This document shows positions 57,895 to 64,000 of a DNA stretch of 64,000 bases, one piece after another (the first letter of the stretch is position 1; each line of letters begins with the position of its first letter). The notes below the pieces were generated by a model that did no database searches, was not told where the DNA came from, and worked only from the letters and a program-made list of their open reading frames with translations. The stretch is taken from the NCBI GenBank assembly GCA_964475415.1, contig CAYYWZ010000001.1:14360-78359 (forward strand), in the 5' to 3' direction. This DNA is from an uncultured Saprospiraceae bacterium. GTDB lineage: Bacteria; Bacteroidota; Bacteroidia; Chitinophagales; Saprospiraceae. A program made the translations under genes and the position numbers.

Positions 57895-60036
57895 ATGATA
57901 AACTATACGAAGCAGTTGCTGCTTATTTGCGGCCTTATTCTTCCCGCATCATTCCTTTTTGGACAAGAAATATGCGATAATGGTATAGATGATGACGGAG
58001 ATGGATTAGTCGATCTCAACGATGATGAATGTATTTGCGAAACTTTCATGCCTAGCTCTCTTATTCCGAACCCTTCTTTTGAGGAAATGAGTTGTTGCCC
58101 TATGACCGAGGCCCAGCTTACCTGTGCAGATGATTGGATTCAAGCTTCAACTCCTACAACGGACTATATGCATACCTGTGGAATCACAGCGCATCCTTTC
58201 TTAGGGTTCCAAGCGCCTTTACCTTTTCCTGATGGGGAGGGCGCCATAGGATTCAGAGATGGTAAACCTGGAGTAGAAAATTTTAAAGAATATACTGGCG
58301 CCTGCCTTAATTCTACCATGGAAGTTGGTGTGGATTACAGATTAGATTTCTTTGTAGGCTTCCATGATGCGCCAGGTTCCGGCACTCTTAACATGGCCGT
58401 TTTTGGTAGTACAGAATGTAATAATCTACCTTTCGGAGGTGGTGATCAAAATTTTGGTTGCCCTACTAATGGTCCAGGCTGGGTATTACTTGGTGAAATG
58501 ACTTATTCAGGAACGAATGAATGGGTAAATGCTATATTCGAATTTACTGCAGACCAACCATACGAAGCTATAGTACTAGGACCTACCTGCGATGTCAATC
58601 CAGATTTCTTACTAGATCCGTATTTCTTTTTCGACAGACTGGTTATTGCAGAGACTTCAGAATTCGGTATTCCTATTGCAGATATATCTGGCAACATTTG
58701 TCAGGATAATCTGACACTTACTAGCTCAGATAAGATGGTAGGTAATTACCAATGGTATATGGATGGAGTAGCTATTGTAGGGGAAACCAATCAATCCATA
58801 ACTATATCTAATGGTCCTGATGTAGAAGGAGAATACAATGTAATCCTTATGACGGATGAAGGTTGCTTTACTGGAGACAGTTACACACTAGTTGTACCAA
58901 GTTACTCTAGTATGCAAGAAGCATCAATTTGTGATGGTGAAATCATTATTGTTGGAGATCAAGAGATTTCTGAAGCTGGAACTTTCGAAGTGCTACTGCA
59001 AGCTGCTGATGGATGTGACTCTCTTGTTACACTGACTGTTTCTCTAGAAGATGATATTATCTTACCTATAGAAGAAAGCATCTGTACAGGTAGCTCTATA
59101 GAAATCAATGGTGTTGTCTATGACACAGCAGGCATCTATGAGCAAACCTTAACCTCTGATGAAACATGCGATACCTTATTAATGATTACTATTCAAGAAA
59201 TAGAAGTTTCTACTACTAATCTGAACGCCACACTTTGTGAAGGAGAAACAATAGAATTCGAAGGGATGATAATTTCTGATCCTGGAGAATATGAAGCTAC
59301 ACTTAGTTCCTCTGCAGATTGTGATAGCATTATAGTCTTACTAGTAGAGGGAATAGAAACAAGTACTGGAGTTGTCTCAGAATCTATCTGCGAAGGAAGC
59401 ACTGTGGAAATAAACGGAGAAATTTTCAATGATAGTGGTTCATTTACTCAGTCCTTTGAGGGCTCAAATGGATGCGATAGTATACTGACTATCAATATAA
59501 GTTTACTAGACAATAGTTCTGCTACTATACAAGAGATAATATGCCCAGGAGATTCTGTAATATATAATGGGATAAGTTATTTTGATGCTGGAACTTTCAT
59601 GCAATTACTTACCGCAAGCAATGGTTGTGACAGTACACTTAACATCATAATAGAAGAAGAATCTAGCTGTAATTTCTGTGAAGATTTTCTTGGACCAGAA
59701 TTAAGTTTAAATCTTTCAATTCTCAAACTAGAGGAATGGGATTATGAAGTATCAGTAGATATGGATGGATTGTCTGCAGAGCCTTTCTTATTAGATAAGT
59801 TATCTACTTATAAGTTTATCAGTCTTATGGCTGAAGAAAAAGCCAGTAGTAATCTACAAGGCACTATGAGTAAATTGACAGCTTATGAAAATATTCAAAA
59901 AACAATTTTGACCCTACTAGATAATAAGGCTTTCAATAGAGATTCAGATAAAACTTACTTTGAAAAAGATATGATAGAAACGATTGACAACCTAAGAAAA
60001 GGAACTAGATATGCTTTTAACTATCGTATTAAGTAA
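57895..60036 (+). CDS. Large secreted Cys-rich repeat protein (713 aa), unknown function
   Basis: Signal peptide and an N-terminal Asp-rich Ca-binding-like motif EICDNGIDDDGDGLVDLNDDECIC. Then a roughly 300-aa domain, five 51-aa repeats, and a non-repetitive Lys/Glu-rich tail of about 115 aa. I cannot recognise a T9SS sorting domain. Confidence 0.7.
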   Translation: MINYTKQLLLICGLILPASFLFGQEICDNGIDDDGDGLVDLNDDECICETFMPSSLIPNPSFEEMSCCPMTEAQLTCADDWIQASTPTTDYMHTCGITAHPFLGFQAPLPFPDGEGAIGFRDGKPGVENFKEYTGACLNSTMEVGVDYRLDFFVGFHDAPGSGTLNMAVFGSTECNNLPFGGGDQNFGCPTNGPGWVLLGEMTYSGTNEWVNAIFEFTADQPYEAIVLGPTCDVNPDFLLDPYFFFDRLVIAETSEFGIPIADISGNICQDNLTLTSSDKMVGNYQWYMDGVAIVGETNQSITISNGPDVEGEYNVILMTDEGCFTGDSYTLVVPSYSSMQEASICDGEIIIVGDQEISEAGTFEVLLQAADGCDSLVTLTVSLEDDIILPIEESICTGSSIEINGVVYDTAGIYEQTLTSDETCDTLLMITIQEIEVSTTNLNATLCEGETIEFEGMIISDPGEYEATLSSSADCDSIIVLLVEGIETSTGVVSESICEGSTVEINGEIFNDSGSFTQSFEGSNGCDSILTINISLLDNSSATIQEIICPGDSVIYNGISYFDAGTFMQLLTASNGCDSTLNIIIEEESSCNFCEDFLGPELSLNLSILKLEEWDYEVSVDMDGLSAEPFLLDKLSTYKFISLMAEEKASSNLQGTMSKLTAYENIQKTILTLLDNKAFNRDSDKTYFEKDMIETIDNLRKGTRYAFNYRIK
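58921..59685 (+). repeat. Five tandem in-frame 153-nt (51-aa) coding repeats
   Basis: Repeat starts at 58921, 59074, 59227, 59380 and 59533, exactly 153 nt apart. Consensus: s.iC.G..i.i.G......G.ye..L....gCDS...l.i. Confidence 0.85.
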
Positions 60037-60097
60037 AATAAAATTGAAGGTATCTTGGTAACTTCTCTCTTAGAAAATGAGTTTTTAAAATAGTAAT

Positions 60098-61383
60098 ATG
60101 AAAATAACATCTTTAGTAATTCTACTTTTTTCTATGTTCATGATTGATGCGCAATCTCTACCTATAAACTTCGAAAACGATATAGAGACAGCGGACTTTA
60201 TAGATTTTGATGGAGGTACCGCTACGGTATTAGACAATCCTGATGCAAGTGGTCTCAATACGAGTAATACTGTTGCACAGATCGTAAGAGATGGTGGTAC
60301 CATATGGTCAGGAAGTAAAATAATCTTAGCAGAGAATCTTGATTTCACAAGTATGAATTCTATTTCTATGAAAGTATATACTAGTGCTCCCATAGGAACT
60401 ACGGTAAAGTTCAAGCTGGAAGGTACGGGTAGTACAGAAAGAGATGTACAGACAACAGTATCGAATGAGTGGGAAGAACTGACCTGGGATTTTACTGGAG
60501 CGCCTACTGATTTTAATGAGGTCGTTTTTATGTTTGATTTTGGTAATGTCGGAGATGGCAGTATCAATTCGACTTTCTATTTTGATGATATAGTAAGAAT
60601 GTCAAATGGAACACAAATAGACCTACCAGTAGATTTTGAAGACATGACAGTGAACTATACGATGTCAGACTTTGGAGGTAATATATCATCATTGACTACT
60701 GATCCAGAAGATATTAACAACCATTTATACAGGTTATAAAACCTCTAGGCGCTGCTACTTGGGCAGGAACGACAATAGGAACTCCAGCAGGTTTTGCTAC
60801 AGATGTTCCCCTATCCCTAACTGATTCTAAAATGACCGTTCGTGTATGGTCTCCAGCGGCAGGAACACCTATAAGATTAAAACTAGAGGACGATAAAGAT
60901 CCAACCCATACGGTAGAAACAGAAACTAATACAACCGTTTCTAATGCTTGGGAAATAATGGAATTTGATTTTGTAAATCAAGCTCCTGGAACAGAATCAC
61001 TAGCTATAGGGCTATCCATGGGATGGACCTATAACATGGCTTCTATATTTTTTAACTTCGCTACCGATGGAGATACAGCAGGAGAAACTATGTATTATTT
61101 TGATGATGTAAGCTTCGGAGAATTTACCTCTACCAACTCTAATATAGATCTCAGCTCTATAGAAGTTTTTCCTAACCCAGCGAGTGATTTCTTACACGTA
61201 TCTTCTGAGAAAGAAAATATCTTATCTGTAAAAATATATGACTTAGGAGGACAACTATTGTTGAAAACACTGAAGGATAATAACTCGTACAATATAGATG
61301 TACAATCTATCCCTAGCGGAATTTACACGCTCCATATTCTTACCAACTTTGGTGCTAAGAATATGAAGCTCATAAAAATATAA
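60098..61383 (+). pseudogene. T9SS cargo protein with two tandem CBM-like beta-sandwich domains, disrupted by a frameshift
   Basis: ORF 60098..60739 carries the signal peptide, domain 1 and the start of domain 2. ORF 60832..61383 carries the rest of domain 2 and the sorting domain (VFPNPASDFLHV...SGIYTLHILT). The second frame is open from 60718 (QPFIQVIKPLGAATWAGTTIGTPAGFATDVPLSLTDSKMTVRVW) and parallels domain 1. The frame change (2 mod 3 to 1 mod 3) must fall in 60718..60737 and fits a 1-nt deletion. Confidence 0.7.
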
Positions 61384-61404
61384 GGAATTACTTAACCGAA
61401 TAAA

Positions 61405-61755
61405 CTAGGCTTGTTGTCTAGCTTTCTTAGCGTCAATAAAGCTTTTTATAAAAAAGATTAGCGCTATAATACTTGTCAGCAACATCAGACCAACTCTAAT
61501 CATACCGATTGTGTCGCCATCTCCAAGAGCACCCGTAAAAGGCTTAATAAGTCCTGGTATAATAAGCAGAGTTAGTAACACTGCGATATGAGCAATTACT
61601 TTATTTTCATTCTTAACACCCTTGTTCAATCCTAGAAGAAGGACACCAAAAAATACAGGTATCAATGCCGTAGGTGCACTGGTTTCAAAATATCCCCATG
61701 CTCCCATTGCGACAAGGACAATCGCGTTAATCAGACTCATTGAATGTGCTTTCAT
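61405..61755 (-). CDS. Small polytopic membrane protein, unknown function
   Basis: 116 aa with four hydrophobic helices. Confidence 0.5.
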   Translation of the reverse strand: MKAHSMSLINAIVLVAMGAWGYFETSAPTALIPVFFGVLLLGLNKGVKNENKVIAHIAVLLTLLIIPGLIKPFTGALGDGDTIGMIRVGLMLLTSIIALIFFIKSFIDAKKARQQA

Positions 61756-61784
61756 AGTAATTTTATTAGTGGTTAATAGTATTG

Positions 61785-64000
61785 TTATTCTTGTCCGTTT
61801 TCTCCCTCCTCTTCCATCTCTTCCTCACCTTCTTCTCCTTCCTCGAATTCATCTTCGAATTCTTCATCCTCAAATTCCTCTTCGTCAAACTCATCTTCTT
61901 TCATCTTAGCTTCCATCAATTGATTTTGCTCATCCTCAGGTCTTACTTGCTTATATCGTTCACAATCTATAATGTCAAAAAACGATGGTGGGGGATAGTC
62001 AAATCGTTTTTCATAATTATAATCACATTCCGGATCACTCTCTAGCTTTCTGACAAATTTTTCAAAAATAGGTTTGGCCATAACAAATCCTTGTCCATCA
62101 TTCAAGGTAAGGAATCTTATCCAACGATCTTCTCCACCTACCCATGTACCAACGATAAGATCTGGGGTAACCCCCATAAACCATCCATCTGCATAATCAT
62201 TAGTAGTTCCGGTTTTTCCTCCTACCTCACTTTTTAATTTCATCCCATAACTTCCTCCTACATTATTTCTAAGCATGTCTAAGATCACGTGATTATATAC
62301 AGGATTTATTGCCTGCCTTTTTTCTGGGATACCTTGGTAAATCACCTTGCCATACTTATCTTCTATCTTAGATATAAATATAGGTTCTGTAAAGGTCCCA
62401 TTATTAGCAAAGGTTGTATAAGCTCCTGCCATCTCGTGTAAAGTAAGATCTAAGGCTCCAAGACATATCGCTGGAACATTAGGAACTATAGATGTACCTC
62501 CCGGCATTTTTTTATTTTTATCGATACCTACATTGGTCAGTAACTCTCTTACCACTTCTACATTACCCATCTCTTTTATAAGCCTTACGGTAATAGAATT
62601 TTTAGAATATAATAATCCTTGGTATAGGTTATACATATTCCCAGTAAACTCTTCATTGGCATTAGAAGGGGACCATTGTTCGTCTACATAAAAGTTAGCA
62701 TCTCCAGGAGCTATACTATATTGTATATCTTCGAATTCTTGACATGGACTGATACCCTGAAGTGCGATCGCAGTTGTATATACAAACGGCTTTATCGTAG
62801 ATCCTACCTGTCTTCTAGAATTGACATGATCATACTTAAAGTAATTAAAATCTGTTCCTCCTACCCATGCTTTTATATGTCCAGTAGTTGGTTGGACCGC
62901 AAGAACTCCTGCTTGCAATATCTGATTATGATATCTTACAGAATCCCTAGGACTCATCTCTACTTCTTTCTCTCCTAGATCATTGTAATCAAAAATCTTC
63001 ATCGGAATTTTCTTCTTGAATACTTCCTTATACTCCTTTACTAATTTGTCAAAATTTTCAACTAATTCCGGCCATTCTTTTGCGCCTAATATTTTCTTAT
63101 AGGTGCCAGAATCAGCATCAGACCATCCTGAATTCTTAGCTGTACGAGCTAGTGATTTTCTTCCTTTGTCGACCTGGATTAGAGCCTTTATAACATTTTC
63201 ACTTAGGGATACATCTCCATATTTTCCCGTAATTGCAGACTTTAGAGATCCTAGGTACTTGTTATGTAAATTAAGATATCTCTCTGATTCTTTCATTTTA
63301 CGTTCTAGTACATCAGCCCTAATGATAAGCTGAAGACTATCTGCGTCGTAGGTCCAAGGATTCATTCCTTTCCACACCTTCCAGTATCGATCTTGATTCC
63401 ACTTCATATGCTCCCTTACAGCCTGCTCAGCATGCTTTTGATAGGCTAGGTCTATAGTGGTATATACCTTCAGTCCATCTGTATATATATTATAAGCAGA
63501 ACCGTCGGGTTTCCTAAGCTCCTCCTTATCCAGTATTCTACGCAGCCACTTAGTGAGTTCAGATCTGAAGTGTGGAGCAGGTCCTTCGCTATGAACTGAT
63601 CTATTGAAATTGCTCATGTCCAAGTCTTTTACAACAAGACTATCGTAAGCTGTATCGTCTAGCACTTCATACTTAAGCATCTGCTGAAGTACTGTATTTC
63701 TTCTTGCTTTTGATTTTTCTGGAAATCGCTTGGGGTTATAGAGACTAGGATTTTTAAGCATCCCGATAAGTACCGCAATTTCTTGGTCCTCTAGCTGATC
63801 TTGGGTTTTCCCAAAGTAAGTTTGCGCTGCAGCTTGTATACCATGAGCCCCATTGATAAACTCAAACTTGTTGAGATACATTACCAAAATTTCTTCCTTG
63901 GTATAACTTCGTTCTAGCTTGATGGCCGTTATCCATTCTTTAAGTTTAACATTGACAAGCTTAAATAATCTAGACAGCTTACTTCCTGTCATACTAGGTC
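61785..64000 (-). CDS. mrcA: Penicillin-binding protein 1A (bifunctional transglycosylase/transpeptidase), N-terminus beyond window end; unusual poly-acidic C-terminal tail
   Basis: GT51 motifs (KEEILVMYLNKFEFINGAHGIQAAAQTYFGK) and transpeptidase motifs (GSTIKPF, KTGTTND). The frame remains open through position 64000. Tail: EDEFDEEEFEDEEFEDEFEEGEEGEEEMEEEGENGQE. Confidence 0.85.
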   Translation of the reverse strand, partial: PSMTGSKLSRLFKLVNVKLKEWITAIKLERSYTKEEILVMYLNKFEFINGAHGIQAAAQTYFGKTQDQLEDQEIAVLIGMLKNPSLYNPKRFPEKSKARRNTVLQQMLKYEVLDDTAYDSLVVKDLDMSNFNRSVHSEGPAPHFRSELTKWLRRILDKEELRKPDGSAYNIYTDGLKVYTTIDLAYQKHAEQAVREHMKWNQDRYWKVWKGMNPWTYDADSLQLIIRADVLERKMKESERYLNLHNKYLGSLKSAITGKYGDVSLSENVIKALIQVDKGRKSLARTAKNSGWSDADSGTYKKILGAKEWPELVENFDKLVKEYKEVFKKKIPMKIFDYNDLGEKEVEMSPRDSVRYHNQILQAGVLAVQPTTGHIKAWVGGTDFNYFKYDHVNSRRQVGSTIKPFVYTTAIALQGISPCQEFEDIQYSIAPGDANFYVDEQWSPSNANEEFTGNMYNLYQGLLYSKNSITVRLIKEMGNVEVVRELLTNVGIDKNKKMPGGTSIVPNVPAICLGALDLTLHEMAGAYTTFANNGTFTEPIFISKIEDKYGKVIYQGIPEKRQAINPVYNHVILDMLRNNVGGSYGMKLKSEVGGKTGTTNDYADGWFMGVTPDLIVGTWVGGEDRWIRFLTLNDGQGFVMAKPIFEKFVRKLESDPECDYNYEKRFDYPPPSFFDIIDCERYKQVRPEDEQNQLMEAKMKEDEFDEEEFEDEEFEDEFEEGEEGEEEMEEEGENGQE

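Noticed and set aside
58921-59685. Regularly spaced 153-nt repeats as a possible CRISPR-like or satellite array
   Set aside because: The repeats are in frame within a long ORF. They are conserved at the amino-acid level (Cys/Gly positions) rather than the nucleotide level, and there are no short identical direct repeats. These are protein domain repeats.
61622-62045. Track ORFs 61622..61909 and 61782..62045 (+)
   Set aside because: They are antisense artefacts of the membrane-protein gene and of the GAA/GAG-rich acidic tail of PBP1A.

Overview
Low-GC chromosomal segment that looks like Bacteroidota, probably a Flavobacteriia-like lineage. Support: several type-A T9SS C-terminal sorting domains, TAnnTTTG -7 boxes, mevalonate-pathway genes and a type B L31. 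I saw no rRNA, tRNA or CRISPR array. About 60 genes are mostly housekeeping: a sulfite-reduction/siroheme operon (sir-cobA-sirC-cysH-FNR-Fdx), metY-metX, metK, gcvP, comM, tag, tsaE, idi2-HMG-CoA reductase, a GYDIA-type GHMP kinase, PBP1A, many secreted peptidases and esterases, and an ECF sigma/anti-sigma/DUF4097 trio. Three patches (about 5.0-9.4 kb, 33.4-34.5 kb, 45.7-46.3 kb) and the region 55.6-61.4 kb show gene decay. This includes a MazF fragment between 44-bp direct repeats, a Fic gene with one in-frame TAA, a PL6 lyase stub, an IS982-like internally deleted element with terminal inverted repeats, and a frameshifted T9SS cargo gene. The most interesting signal is the leader of the sulfite-reduction operon. 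It holds a perfect 10-bp-arm palindrome followed by two tandem mini-ORFs with runs of Cys codons (ICCCK and MCKCCCY). Each mini-ORF is followed by a terminator-like hairpin, which suggests cysteine-sensing ribosome-mediated attenuation. Other items worth a second look are a G+C-rich multi-hairpin island between metK and gcvP, a 713-aa secreted protein with five exact 153-nt (51-aa) Cys-containing repeats and no recognisable sorting domain, and a lipoprotein/beta-barrel/esterase operon of unknown function. All calls come from reading the sequence and the ORF translations; no database search was possible.
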